Shown in pieces: positions 26,174 through 39,391 of a DNA stretch of 64,000 nt. A program made the translations under genes and the position numbers. How positions within the stretch are numbered: the first letter of the stretch is position 1; each line of letters begins with the position of its first letter. The notes under the pieces are model-generated. The model was not told the origin of the DNA. It ran no database searches and saw only the letters and a list, made by a program, of their open reading frames with translations. Source of the DNA: Octopus bimaculoides (Eukaryota); the NCBI RefSeq assembly GCF_001194135.2, contig NC_068983.1, forward strand, positions 78,794,108 through 78,858,107, read 5' to 3'.

Positions 26174-26574
26174 CACACAGGGAGCATATTCATATTGGCA
26201 AATGCATGGTAGAATTAACAGACTATTAGCCAAAATCTCAGGTGGTGTTTGTTCACATTTCCTTATCTGTTGATTGCTTTCTCTCATTGTGGTATCGGTC
26301 AATTTAGTATCAGCAAATAGTAGTCATAGTGGAATCAACACTATAAAGTATGTACTAAAAAGTAGTGGACCAGCTTAATAACAATCCGACGAATGAAACC
26401 AATACAAGAAAAAGAAAATATTTATGTTTAGCTTCATAATTGTTGTACTTGTGTTTGTGCTTATGAGTGTGTGAATATACTTATATATATGCATGTGTGT
26501 ATATACATATATATATATATGCATGTGTGTATATACATATATATGCATGTGTGTATATACATATNNNNNNNNNN

Positions 26575-26609
<35 letters not shown>

Positions 26610-26700
26610 GTATGTATGTATGTATAGTGTGTGTGTGTGTGTTACAGCAGTGAGCTGGCATAAACTTTAGAACATAAGAAAAAATACTTTGCAGAATTTG

Positions 26701-27102
26701 TGCAATGTTATTACCAGTTCAAATATGCCAGTGTCAAGTTCGAATTCATAAACCAGCCGTTCACTGTGTTTTGTTACAGAGAAAATTTCTTGCTCTAGTT
26801 ATACAAACGGTGTAAATACACCTAAATCAGCTTGCAGTGTCACCTATCTTAACTGTGAGATGCAAGCCTTTTAGAGTGGTTATCTCCTCTTCAGTCACAG
26901 AAACCTAAAGGTGATTGAAGAGGAGATAACCAATTTTAAATGCTTGCATCTCAGTCTGGATAGGTGGCGCTGCAAGCTGATTTAGGCGTATTTGCACCAT
27001 TTGTCAACAGTGATAAATTTTCCCCATGACAAAACATAGTGAATAGGTTGTTTATGAATTCTAACTTGCCACTAGCATATTTGAACTGGCAATAACATTG
27101 CA
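26701..27102. repeat. Long imperfect palindrome / foldback (MITE-like) element
   Basis: Arms of ~195 bp (26701-26898 vs 26911-27102) are reverse complements around a 12 bp loop AGAAACCTAAAG. Confidence 0.9.
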
Positions 27103-27404
27103 TTTATACACATCACTGCTTAGGGCTCCCACCTCGTAATATGCCGTATTTGTTCCGACTTTTTATGTTCTGAATTCAGATCCCACCAAGATCAGTTCTG
27201 CTTTTCATTCTTTCAAGATCAATAACATCAATAAAATAAAGTAGCAGTCAAGTACTAGTGTTGATGGTATCAAGTAATCCCACAATATTCTCCTCTTAGA
27301 TTCATACACTTATTGCAGCAGTCCTTCAGTTTGACTAAACCCTGTAAAAGAACTCAGAAGGTTGGGACTCCAACCAGGCCTTTCGTGATATTCTTAAAGT
27401 CAAA

Positions 27405-27757
27405 CATGGTGAGCTGGCAGAAACGTGAGCATGCCGGGCGAAATGCTTAGCGGTATTTCGTCTACCATTACGTCCTGAGTTCAAATTCCATCAAGGTTGA
27501 CTTTGCTTTTCATCATTTCGGGGTCGATAAATTAAGTACCTGTTACGCACTGGAGTCGATGTAATCGACTTAATCCCCTTATCTGTCCCTTCTATGTTTA
27601 GGCCCTTGCGGGCAATAAAGAAATAAGAAACATTAACACGTCAGGTCTCTTTGCTTTTCATCATTTTGGGGTTGATAAATTAAGTACTAGTTGCATACTG
27701 GGTAGATCTAATCAACTGGCCCCCTCCCCCAAAATTTCGGGCCTTGTGCCTCGTGCC
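27405..27757 (+). mobile_element. SINE family A (27405-27630) followed by a partial second copy (27648-27757)
   Basis: Head GGTGAGCTGGCAGAAACG; central domain appears twice. Confidence 0.85.
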
Positions 27758-28109
27758 CTACATATATACATACATACACACACACACACATACTTGTGTG
27801 CCTGATCTCATTATTCTTTTGGCAATATTTATCATCTTTGATAATAATGATAATGAATGATAAATGAATATTGAATATGATTAAAAGAAAATAGAAAGCA
27901 AGTAAATCAAAATGATTGATTTAAAAAATACTATTAGCTGAAAGTTAATAAATGAAATAATCTTTGCTAAACCTAACTTGTGATATGAAGGTACTCAATC
28001 AAAGAGGAATTACAATAAGTCTAAGTATTTAGAATAATCCATATCTATACACATGTTTGTAGATATATTTCTACAAACATTTGCAGGTAGATATAAATTA
28101 TTTTAGATC

Positions 28110-29010
28110 TTCACCATCATCATCATTTCACATCCGTTTTCCCTGCTGGCATAGGTTGGACAGTTTGATCATCTGTTCTGACATGGTTTCTATGGCTGAA
28201 TGCCCTTCCTAGTTCCAACAACTTCACCGAGTGAACTGGATGTTTTTAATGTGGCACTAGCACTTTTAATGTGACATCAGCACCAGTGCTTTTTTATATG
28301 GCACCAGGACTGGTATCAATTCTGCTATGGTGGACAGGTCTTTTTGAGGGCCAGATATCTTGGTCCTTAGTCATGTTTGTAAGGTACAGTATCTTGTGAT
28401 GGGCCTTCAATACTTTATTCCATGTCTTCCTGGGTCTCCCTCTTCCACAACTTCCCAACAGTTTAAGTGATCAGCACTTCTGTATGTATGCAACTTTTCT
28501 TATCCATATGTATCGCATGATCAAACCAGTGCAGTCTCCTCTCTTGCACGCTGCATCTAATTCCTCTTACACCCAACTTTTCCCTCAATACACTAGCAGT
28601 CTATTGCACACATACATTGACATTACATACCCAGTGGAGTATACTAGCTTCATTCCTCTCTAGCCTTCACATGTTTTCTGCATTCAGGGCCCATGTCTCA
28701 CTACCATGTAGTATTGCTGTTCATATACATGCATCATACAATCTTCCTATCACTCAGAGAGAGAGAAAGAGAGAGAGAAATCTTTGGTGGCCAACAGGTA
28801 GAAGCTCTCTGAATTTTTTCCATCCTATTCTTATTCTAGCAATTACTCTTTCCATGCATCCTCTCCCACAGCTAATCATTTCCCATAGGTAGCAGAAATT
28901 GTTCACAAAGTCAGAAAACTTTGGGCAAACTTGTGTGCACGATGATGGTGAGTTTTTTTTTATGACATTGTTGTTATACTTGCAGTACCCTGTGTTAGTC
29001 TTGCCAGAGC
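28110..29010 (-). mobile_element. 5'-truncated RTE-clade LINE (RT C-terminus plus 3'UTR)
   Basis: Translates to NNFCYLWEMISCGRGCMERVIARIRIGWKKFRELLP (RTE VDxFCYLG...ARIRxGWxKFRELLP); frameshifted. Confidence 0.88.
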
Positions 29011-29029
29011 AATATATAGAAGTTACCAT

Positions 29030-29315
29030 GCAGTGACATGTAAAAGCGCTTATGAGGCAACATGTAAAAGCATACTTGTGGAGTCATGTAAAAGTGCCCA
29101 AGCAGTGCTATATAAAAGTGCCTGTGCAGTGTCACATAAAAGCACCAAGCACACTCTGTAAAGTGGTTGGCATTAAGAAGGACATCCAGCTGTAGAAACG
29201 ATGCTAAAACAGACTGGAATGTGGTGCAGCCTCCCATCCTACCACACCAGCTTGCCAGCTCTAGTCACACCGTTTAACCCATGCCAGCATGGACAACAAA
29301 CGTTAAATGATGATG
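29030..29315 (+). mobile_element. Family D (RTE 3'-end) copy
   Basis: GTGGTTGGCATTAAGAAGGACATCCAGCTGTAGAAAC...CATGCCAGCATGGACAAC...TAAATGATGATGAT. Confidence 0.85.
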
Positions 29316-29800
29316 ATTTCTTTCATTTTTATTCATCCCTAAAATGTAAGTGTTAATGGAAGTATGTTCTCATTACTATTCTAACAAACACATATTCACC
29401 AAATTCATGTGTATTTTCTCAAGAATGTACCATTTCAGTTTGAGCAATTCATGCAGGTGTGTCTTCATTAACATGTATTAACTTTTAATTCATTGTAACT
29501 TCCTTTCGCCATCTCTCTACATTTTTTTATAGTTTCTTAGCTTCTTTCTGCTGCCATCTTTCCAATATTCCATCTCTATACATCATCAATACATAATATA
29601 CAAAATAAAAGTTGCCTGGATAGGCACTCAAGTGTAATATATTTGTGCATATGTATCATTGTGTATGTGTGTAAATAGATATGCATATATATAATGTGTT
29701 TGTATGTGTGTGTTTGTGTGAGTGTGTGCTTATATGTATATATTGTAAGTACATGCATAAAAAAATTACATATTTGCATTTGTACATACATATATATGCA

Positions 29801-29843
<43 letters not shown>

Positions 29844-30656
29844 CATATCAATAATTATATATACATACACACATATGTATGTGCTTGTGTCTCGTTGAGA
29901 GAGGTAGAAAGAACAGAAGAATTTTGTTGTTCCTGTTAATTCCAAACAGGACTCTTTTGTTTGGAATAAAAAGGCAATACAAAGAATGGTACAGCTGAGG
30001 TTTTAGAAAAAGAAATAACCTAAAGCATAATCTTTAACATTTACAGGTCAAGCAAGTAGAACACGAGACATCAACTTCTGCACATGTACAACTTCTCCAT
30101 CTGACAACAACAACAACCACCTAGAAATTTGATTCCAAACCAAAAAGTCTGAATAAAACAGAAATGCCATTGACTGAAAACCAATAGCTTAGTGCTAAAA
30201 TATTTAATAGTGTCTTTGTTGTTATTGTTTAAATAATTCTGTTTCTCTACACAAAGCTATCTTGTACATTTATTTAGTGATTCTTTCCTCACTGTTTTAA
30301 CAAATATGTTAGCACTATGTTTTGTTGATGAGGTCATAGCAAGGCTGAAACATGGTAGAGTTATCTCCCATACTTGCCAAAACAATTAAAATAATATGAA
30401 TCATTGAGTAATGTTATTTTATTTCTTCATTATGTAATTACTTCTGATTAGTTTTGTAATATCAAATAACATCAAAAATGTTAACACTAACTTACATAAA
30501 TGTAAATTAAATGTTCAGGATAATCAATCCACTTACTTAGAAGTAGTTATGTATTTACTTGCCCTGTTAATCATAGCATTTTAGTATCCTGATCTCCCAT
30601 AAATAACACCCCACTATCAGAGTTTTCTCTTAGATCACATCTGCATGTTACCTCCT

Positions 30657-32340
30657 CAATCATCATCATCATCGTTTAACATCCGCTTTCTATGCTAACA
30701 TGGGTTGGACGATTTGACTGAGAACTGGTGAACCAGATGGCTGCACCAGGCTCCAATCTGATATGGTAGAGTTCCTACAGCTGGATGCTCATCCTAACGC
30801 CAACCACTCCAAGAGCATAGTGGTTGCTTTTACATGCCACCAGCACAAGAGCCAGTCAGGCGGTACTGGCAATGGCCATGCTCAAATGGTGTTTTCTACA
30901 TGCCACCTGCACAGGAGCCAGTCCAACGGCACTGGCAACGACCTCGCTCGAATGTTTTTTCACGTGCCAGTAAGGCAACACTGGTAATGATCACGCTCAA
31001 ATGGCACTTTTTACATGCCACCGGTATGGAAGCCAGACAGCTGCTCTGGCAATGATCATGCTTGAATGGTACTGTTAGTGCTCCACTGGCATGGGTGCCA
31101 GTCATCGAATTTGGTTCGATTTCAATTTCAATTCACTTGCCTCAACAGGTCTTCGCAAGCAGAGTTTAGTGTCCAATGAAGGAAAGTTATGCATAAGTGG
31201 GCTGGCTACACCCCTGGTAAAGGCCATGGGTCATGGTCTCACTTGGCTTGCCAGATCTTCTCGCACACAGCATATTTCCAAAGGTCTCAGTCACTAGTCA
31301 TTGTCTCGGTGAGGCCTAATGTTCAAAGGTCATGCTGCACCACCTCATCTCAGGTCTACCTGGGTCTACCTCTTCCACATGTTCCCTCAACCATTAGTGT
31401 GTGGCACTTTTTCACACAGCTATCCCCATCTATTTGTACCACATGACCACACCAGCACAATCGTCTCTCTTGCACACCACAACTGATGCTTCTTAGGTCT
31501 AACTTTTCTCTCAAGGTACTTGCACTCTGTCGAGTATGCACACTAACATTACGCATCCATCAGAGTATACTGGCTTCATTCCTTGCAAGCTTACGCTTGT
31601 CCTCAGCAGTCACAGCCCATGTTTCACTGCCATGTAGCATGGCTGTTCATACACATGCGTCGTACAGTCTGCCTTTTAATGTGAGCGAGAGGCCCTTTGT
31701 CACCAGCAGAGGTAGGAGCTCTCTGAACTTTGCCCAGGCTATTCTTATTCTAGCAGCTACACTTTCAGTGCACCCTACCCCGCTACTGACTTTATCTCCT
31801 AGGTAATGGAAGCTATCAACTACTTGTAGTTTTTCTCCCTGGAATGTGGCAGAAGTTGTTTTCTGCACATTCATAATATTTACAGCTCCTGAACATCTGC
31901 TACAAACGAAAACTAACTTCCTAGTTAACCTTCCTTTGATATTGCTGCACCTCTTATGTGTCCATAGCTTACACAGGGTACATCTTTTAGAGTTTCTACC
32001 TATGTCTTTTCTACAGATCGAGCAGGGCCCTCTACCTGAAGAGGCTTGTGGTTTGTCTACCTTTCTATTTATTAGGACTTTGGTTTCAGCTAGGTTGACT
32101 CTAAGGCCCTTCGATTCAAATCCTTGCTTCCACACCTGAAACTTCTCTAGTTCTGATAGTGACTCAGCAATTAGAGCAAGGTCATCAGCATAGAGGGACT
32201 CCCCGGGGCATCCTGTGTTGGATTCCTGTGTTATTGCCTAGAGGACTATGATAAATAGGAAGTGGCTGAGGACTGAACCTTGGTGGACCCCTACCTCTAC
32301 CTGGAATTCTTCAGTGTACTCATTGCTAACCATCACTTTA
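30657..32340 (-). mobile_element. 5'-truncated RTE-clade LINE: RT core, C-terminal region and 3'UTR
   Basis: Motifs EVGVHQGSVLS and LYADDLAL, then QVVDSFHYLGDKVSSGVGCTESVAARIRIAWAKFRELLPLL and GTCGRGRPR; (CAT)n tail; stops and frameshifts present. Confidence 0.93.
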
Positions 32341-33198
32341 AATTCATAAATCAATATATGGTTAATTGACCTACTAGAAATAAGAGTTGCATCACTTTCA
32401 AATCATACTTTACTGTCTTATAAAAGGGAGGATACAATGGATAATGTAGTCCATGCAACAATACATTATATCTAAAAAGCATGTAAATCCTTGTTTAATG
32501 ATACGAGGGTGAGTTATATATGTCATCATTATTTTAATGTCCACTTTTCCATGATTTCATAAGTTAAATGGTATTTGCTGAGGCAAATTTTCTGTGGCTT
32601 GATGCTTTTTCTATCACCAACCCTTACCATTTTACAAGTAAGATGATATTTTCCCTATGACCAGACATGTTTTCATGGAAGATTGGAAACAACAGACACT
32701 GTTTGCATGACAATGACATTCATTGACAATTACCATATGATTTCAAGGCAAGGAGGCAATAACACACACACACACACAAATGTCCAAGCACACACACACA
32801 AATGTCCAAGCACACACACACAAATGTCCAAGCACACACACACACACACACATACGATTGTATTTGTGGAATTGACACTTGTACATGTTCAATTCCAGTT
32901 TTACAGGTTCAATTCCAGAATCAATTGGTTGTTTGTTAGTCTAAGTTTTTTCATTATGGTTCACAGATCTTGGAACAAGAGGGGAAGTCACTTAGTCACT
33001 GCTTTATCTACCAAGCTTCTGTCAACTTGAATTGCTGGTCTTTCTGCAGAGTCAGTATGTATTCCCCACAGTTATCCAATGCATTTCCCAAATTCAGTAG
33101 CTTGCTATTAGAGCACTCCCATATCACTTTCTTGTCTTTCATCTCAATGGCAAATGATTCCTTTATCAGTCTAAATACACTTCTCTCAAAGAACTTCT

Positions 33199-33251
<53 letters not shown>

Positions 33252-33252
<1 letters not shown>

Positions 33253-34442
33253 TTTATAAGATGTACCCAGTGTAAGCTATAGACACGTAAGAGGTGCAGC
33301 AACATCAAAGGAAGATTAACTGGGAAAATAGCTTTCGTGTGCAGCAGATGCACAATATTCCATAACATGCCGGGGGGAGAAACTAGAAGTAGTTGACAGC
33401 TTCCACTACCTAGGTGATCAAGTCTGTAGTGGGGTTGGATGCTCAAATAGTGTTACCACCAGAATAAGAATAACCTGGGCAAAGTTCAGAAAGTTTCTGC
33501 CCCTACTGGTAACAAAAAACCTCTCACTCAGAGTGAAAGGTAGGTTGTATGATGCATGTGTGTGAACTACCATACTTCACGGCAGTGAAACATGGGTCGT
33601 GACTGCTGAAGACATGCGTAGGGTCAAAAGAAATGAAGCTAACATGATCCACTGGATGTGTAATGTCAGTGTGCACACATGGCAGTATAAATGCCACGAG
33701 AGAAATGTTAGACATAAGAAGCATTGGATGTGGCATGCAAGAGAGACGTCTGCGTTGGTATGGTCATGTACTGCGGATGGACGAGGAGAGCTGTGTGAAG
33801 AAGTGCCACTCCCAATGAGTGGAAGGAATCCAGGGTAGAGGGAGACCCAGGACGACATGGAACGAGGTGGTGAAGCAAGACCTTTGAACGTTGGGCCTCG
33901 CAGAGGCAATGACAAAAGACTGAGACCTCTGGAGGTATGCTGACTGAGACTGAGAAGACCCAGCAAATAAAGTGAGTTCACAGCTGTGACCTACACCAGC
34001 ATTGCATAACCAGCCCACTCAAAAGTACCTTGGACCATAGGGTGACATGCCATGCTTGAGGAGACCTATTGAGTCAAGTACATCAACATCAATATCAAAA
34101 TCAAATCAAATCAAATCAAATTTCAACCTCATGCCGGTGGCACGTAAAAAGCACCATCCAAACGCGGCCGATGCCAGTGCCGCCTTGACCAGCTTCCCTG
34201 CTGGTGGCATGTAAATAGCATCATCCAATTGTGATGCCAGCTCCTCTGGCCCCTGTACCGGTGGTACATAAAAAGCACCCACTACACTCTCAGAGTGGTT
34301 GGCATTAGGAAGGACATCCAGCTGTAGAAATACTGCCAGATCAGATTGGGGTCTGATGCAGCCTCCTGGCTTCCCAGACCCCAGTCGAACCGTCTAACCC
34401 ATGCCAGCATGGAAAACGGACGTTAAATAATGATGATAATGA
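33252..34442 (+). mobile_element. 5'-truncated RTE-clade LINE of the same family as 30657-32340
   Basis: Starts CTTTATAAGATGTACCCAGTGTAAGCTATAG (reverse complement of ~31945-31990); MRRVKRNEANMIHWMCNVS; ends TAAATAATGATGAT. Confidence 0.92.
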
Positions 34443-35157
34443 TATACTTTATTTGTGTATTAAGGCTACCATGTCAAGAAAATATTTTAATATCTTAACA
34501 ATTTTTCAAGCTGATCACATGGAGGATTGATGTTCATCATGTGTGAGTATATATACATGTGTGTGAGAGTATATGTGTGTGTGTGTATGCACGTGTGTGT
34601 ATGTATATGTACGAGTGTGTGTGCATGTGTGGAAGGAGGAATGGGCTGATGAGTGCATGGATAGTTGACACAGACATACACACACACACACACACACATT
34701 TCTTGCAGCACCAGCTCTTATCCATACAATCCACATGATTTCAATACAATTTGGATATGTACTGAAGAAAACAATGAAATGGCAGCAGAAAAATATTCAT
34801 ATTAATGATACTTCTGAAATTTTACCAACTACCATAGAATTGTCATGTCAACTTGATAAAAAGTAACCATAAATTTTCAAAAAGTTTCAGATTCTGACAG
34901 AACATAACCTAAAACGAAAATTTGAGACTAAATTTGTAAAACAGAACCAGAATTGTACAGTACACCTACCTTCTGATTTTTCTTTTAATTTTTCTAAAAT
35001 TACCTTGAGTTACTCTACTTTAAATGTTGGAGGTTATATCTCAAAAAATTTCCAAAAATTCAATTTTATTCAACACTGATTTTCCCATTTAATATTAGCC
35101 CCAACCTTAATTACAAACCTGAATCCATAAACTTTAATCCTGACTCCCAAAGTTTAA

Positions 35158-35190
<33 letters not shown>

Positions 35191-35454
35191 CGTTTGAAAA
35201 ATCTTAATTTGCAGTTTTTGAATCATAGAAATCCAGAGAAATTTCCCATAAAAATGTTTTAAAAAACCAAAAAGTTACTTGGTTGAAAGTGTTTGTAAAA
35301 CACACACACACATACACACCCATGGTTATTAATATAATTGGCTTAAGTTACAGTGTGAATCTTGGAATGAGAGGTTCGCATGAAGCTTTTGGTCTTTCAG
35401 TCATTACATACTCGTATTTTGAGCTCTGTTTTCCTGTTTGCATCACCAAATCTC

Positions 35455-35508
<54 letters not shown>

Positions 35509-35814
35509 CATGTATGTATGTGTACTCATGTATGTATGTGTACATATGTATATGTGTGTGTACATATGTATGTATATATGTTTGTCATCATTCAGTTCAT
35601 TTCAAGATTTCTTGCCAATAGGGAAAGAACCAATTTCTAAGTTAGATCCAAGGCTTCTTTATTGGAATTTTAGCATCAATAACAGGGTATTTTTGTTTGT
35701 TTGTATGTATGCATGTATGCATGTATGTATGTATGTATGCATGTATGTATGCAGGCATGCATGCATGTATGTATGTATGTATGTATGTACGTATGTATGT
35801 GCACATGTATGTAT

Positions 35815-37110
35815 ATTGAAAACAGAGTTAAGCAAGGTGATCTCAAAGCACTGACACTCTTCTCCAAATACTTTATAGCTATGCTTCAAATACTGCTCTT
35901 CGGGTAATGTGTTTTAATTTGAGAACAAACTTTAAATGCATGGTACATGATCATTTATACATGGATGACTGTGACTTAACTCACACAGAGCAAGGCTTAT
36001 GCCTAATTAGTGCCTTTGATTCTTCATGTAATATATTTGGTCTCACAATTAATTTGAAAAAAAAAATGTTGTAATGCATCAATCTGCTCCTGGAGAAAAT
36101 TCAACATACCTCAGATACTAGTTAAAGGGTGCTTAAGGTGGTGACTTCTTTTGAATACCTAGGTAGCATGGTGCATGATGATGGAAATCTTGGCTGTGAA
36201 AACCCCTTGTATTCAGAGGGCAACAAAAGCCTTTGTCAGTCTAGAATCCAAAGTCTGGTCACAGTGCCATATCAAAACTGATACTAAGGTCATGGTATAT
36301 TCACATTTGTTTTTTTGTTTTTTTTCTGCACTGTTGTACTCTTCTGGGTCTTGGAAAATATACATGCATCATGTAAAAATGTTAGGAAGATTTCACCAGA
36401 AATGTCACCATCACATATTCAGAATAAGAACGGTCCTCTCTCATTCCTGACACTGAGGTTCTTGCGAAAGCTAGGATTACATCAATCAAAGCCATGTTTA
36501 TTAGGAATCAACTATGATAGATAGACCATCTCATCTGTATGGATAACGAGCACATTCCCAAACAAATACTTTAATGCAGGCTTATGCTGGAAAAGAATAA
36601 AATAGTAAGCTGAAGAAAAGATACAAAGCTTCTTTAAAATCAAATTTGAAATGCCTTAAATTTATCTTAAAGCATCTTGAATCATTGGTGGCAGATAGGG
36701 AATCAATTTAGAATGGGGTTGATTTTGAGTTAGATGCTGAAATGGAAAGAAAATTTCATGAAAATGAGTGTTTCTCATTCCTTCTTTAAATGTTCCTTCT
36801 GTACAGAAATATGCACATCTCACATTTGTATGAGATTGCACCAGCATGCACTATTGGAATTTGATTCCAGAGGATCAGTTTCAATGCAATGTCTGTTAAA
36901 AAAAACTTGCAAGTCACATTGAGGATTGAAGCAACACTTGAACATTCATAATAAACAAGAGTAAAATGGAGCCAATGCTGAAATGAAACATTGTTGCAGT
37001 ATTATATGTGATCAACTCTTCAAATGCCTTTCAGGGATCAAAAGTTGTTTCAGACATCACATGAGGAAAGAGCAATTACAGGTACATGAAGAGGTCAAGC
37101 TTTGCAAGGG
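35815..37110 (+). mobile_element. Degenerate RTE (BovB-like) LINE ORF2: RT core to C-terminal zinc-finger region
   Basis: RVKQGDLKALTLFS, LYMDDCDL, FGLTINLKK, VVTSFEYLGS, RIQRATKAFVSLESKVWS, RFHQKC, IPKQIL; many stops. Confidence 0.85.
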
Positions 37111-37634
37111 ACAGACAGCCATCATGTACACAAATATGTACATGTATGAAAAATGCCTCTAGGCTAGTTATAATTTACTAGTTCATATTTAATGTGATAT
37201 CCAATAGGATTCTTACCTTTAAAAGTTGAATTCAGAATTTAAAATTTTTAAGTTTCAAACAGCCAACGTAAATAGTAACATACAGTCTTTAGAAGTACTA
37301 CTTCTAGCCTAGTTTTGGCAACAACCAAACACAAGCAGACTACATTTCTGGAGTGCAATGAATACCAATGTAGAATTGGGATTTTATTATTTTTCTGGAG
37401 TCGATGTGATTGACTATCTCTCTCCCCACAAATTCCAGGCCTTGTACCTATAGTAGAAAGGATTATTTTACTTCAACAAGCTAATGAGACATATACACAT
37501 ATTTAAATGGTTTTAAAAAATGAGATAAATACTATTTTAAAACATTGTAGGTATACAGGAAGAAGTGGAATAAAATGAATTAAGCATTTAAATCATGTAT
37601 AAAAATGACTTAAAGTTTATTTTTCTTTCTACAG

Positions 37635-37694
37635 CATTTAAAAGAAGAATATTTGGAATCTCCAAAATTAATTTTGATACAATTTTCTATTTCT
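37635..37694 (+). CDS. Candidate 60 bp internal exon (HLKEEYLESPKLILIQFSIS or FKRRIFGISKINFDTIFYF), gene unidentified
   Basis: Acceptor TTTATTTTTCTTTCTACAG and donor TCT|GTAAGT; two open frames. Confidence 0.3.
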
Positions 37695-38132
37695 GTAAGT
37701 GTAGGCACATAAATAAATGAGGAGAGAATAAAAATACAGACTTTGATTAGTCATAATTGTTTATCCCACTTCCATTTCTTAAATACAGTCTCTCTTTTGC
37801 TTTCTCTATTACAAAAATAATATCTTTCTTGATAACGATACATCCTTCATTATAAGAAAATTCATGATCTTTTATGAGAATGTCACTGATCTTTTATGAG
37901 AATAACCCTTTCGACAGGTATCTGCTCTTATGTAAAATTCTATCTAACTACATTCAACTGTGAACATAAATACATATGTAGCAATAGGTTTCCTTATTTG
38001 AACTTTTAACATTCAGCTTAAAGTTAAATCCAAATGCTTATAGCATATCTATATTTGATTGTGCTGACCAGAACAAGCTGCACTTTATCCTTGAACTTTA
38101 TAAAAGCACCTAGTGACATTTTTCACAACCAA

Positions 38133-38182
38133 TTATTTCTGCTGCCAGTTTTGATAGGCATTGACAAATGCATTTGGTAGAC
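38133..38182 (-). CDS. Candidate terminal exon (LPNAFVNAYQNWQQK*)
   Basis: Acceptor AATATTTTAG; phase-compatible with 39251-39391. Confidence 0.18.
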
Positions 38183-39250
38183 CTAAAATATTTTAAAGAA
38201 CACTTTCAATATTTTTAAGCAAACTTTCCTCAATCCTGAAATGTGGCTGCCTCATTGCAACTGAATGCTTTGTATCTCCAGTCCAATATGAAGCTGTCTT
38301 TTGACTCTTAACATTTTATGGAAAATTCCACCAGCTTTTATTACACACATTTATTTACAGAAATACATAACAAATTGTAAATTATGTTTGTTTTATTACT
38401 TAGTATTATGAAACACATTGTTTAACATATTTCCTTTTTCTTAACTTGTCATTACATCTTTTTAATCAACATTTAAAACCTCATAACACTATTGAACATA
38501 CATTAACTTTTATGTGTTATTATGCTCATCACAATATTAACATTATAGAGAGATATTTCAAATAGAGGACTCAATGTATCTAACAAAATGATAATTCAAT
38601 GGAAGAATATCTGATAATGTATCTACACAATACCAGTTTCAATTTTTGATCTACGCTAGCTTACTTTAACTCTTTTGTGACCATATTTCTATTGAAATAA
38701 ATTGGCTGTGTGTTTCAATTAATTTTGAAACTATCCAAGAGATGGGATTAATTTCATTTAATAACTAATGTTTACCTTCTAATGTTGATGTTTGAAATGC
38801 AATTTAGCAGAAATTTCTTACATAAAATTATGATGAAACATTTTAAAATAAGAACATTTTAAAATGAGAGATTTTTTTTATCATAGAGTCAGGTGCAGTC
38901 TCAATTGAGTTGGCATCAAAGCAATTAATGAATGATGTTTGAAAGAGTACAACGGAGATTTCACCAATAATGATGAAATTTGTGTTTTTTTACCTATCTC
39001 TACTTTTATAAAGAACTTCGTTTTGGTATCAATTTCCTCTGGTGAAATATTTCATGCTTAAACGGACAATTGAAGTAGAATACATTGTCATTGCAGCAAG
39101 AGACTGAGAAAATTAATTGAAAGAATATTGTTTCAAGTATGTTTTTTAAGACTTTTTGCCTTTTTGATTTGTCATGTTAAATACAATTCTTGTCCTACAA
39201 AATTGAAAGACTACTAGTTTTGGTATTAAATCTATTTGCAAAGGACTCAC

Positions 39251-39391
39251 ATAAATCAAATTGCAACACAACTGGAGTTATTTGACAACAGATGTGAGAT
39301 TTCACAGACATTTGCAGTTGTTCTCCATTGACATTTTGTTCAATGATAATCTCATATATTATATTGACTTTTTCCAGAGCTGTTACACTAA
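39251..39391 (-). CDS. Candidate internal exon (SVTALEKVNIIYEIIIEQNVNGEQLQMSVKSHICCQITPVVLQFDL), gene unidentified
   Basis: 46 open codons, donor TAT|GTGAGT, weaker acceptor AATCCATCAG; contains a motif similar to the ORF at 45428-45613. Confidence 0.27.

Noticed and set aside
26480-26565. ATATGCATGTGTGTATATAC repeated three times
   Set aside because: Low-complexity array abutting a gap; likely slippage or assembly noise.
31647-32135. 162 aa RT-like ORF as a functional or domesticated gene
   Set aside because: The flanking frames have stops and frameshifts and the element is 5'-truncated; an ordinary LINE fragment.
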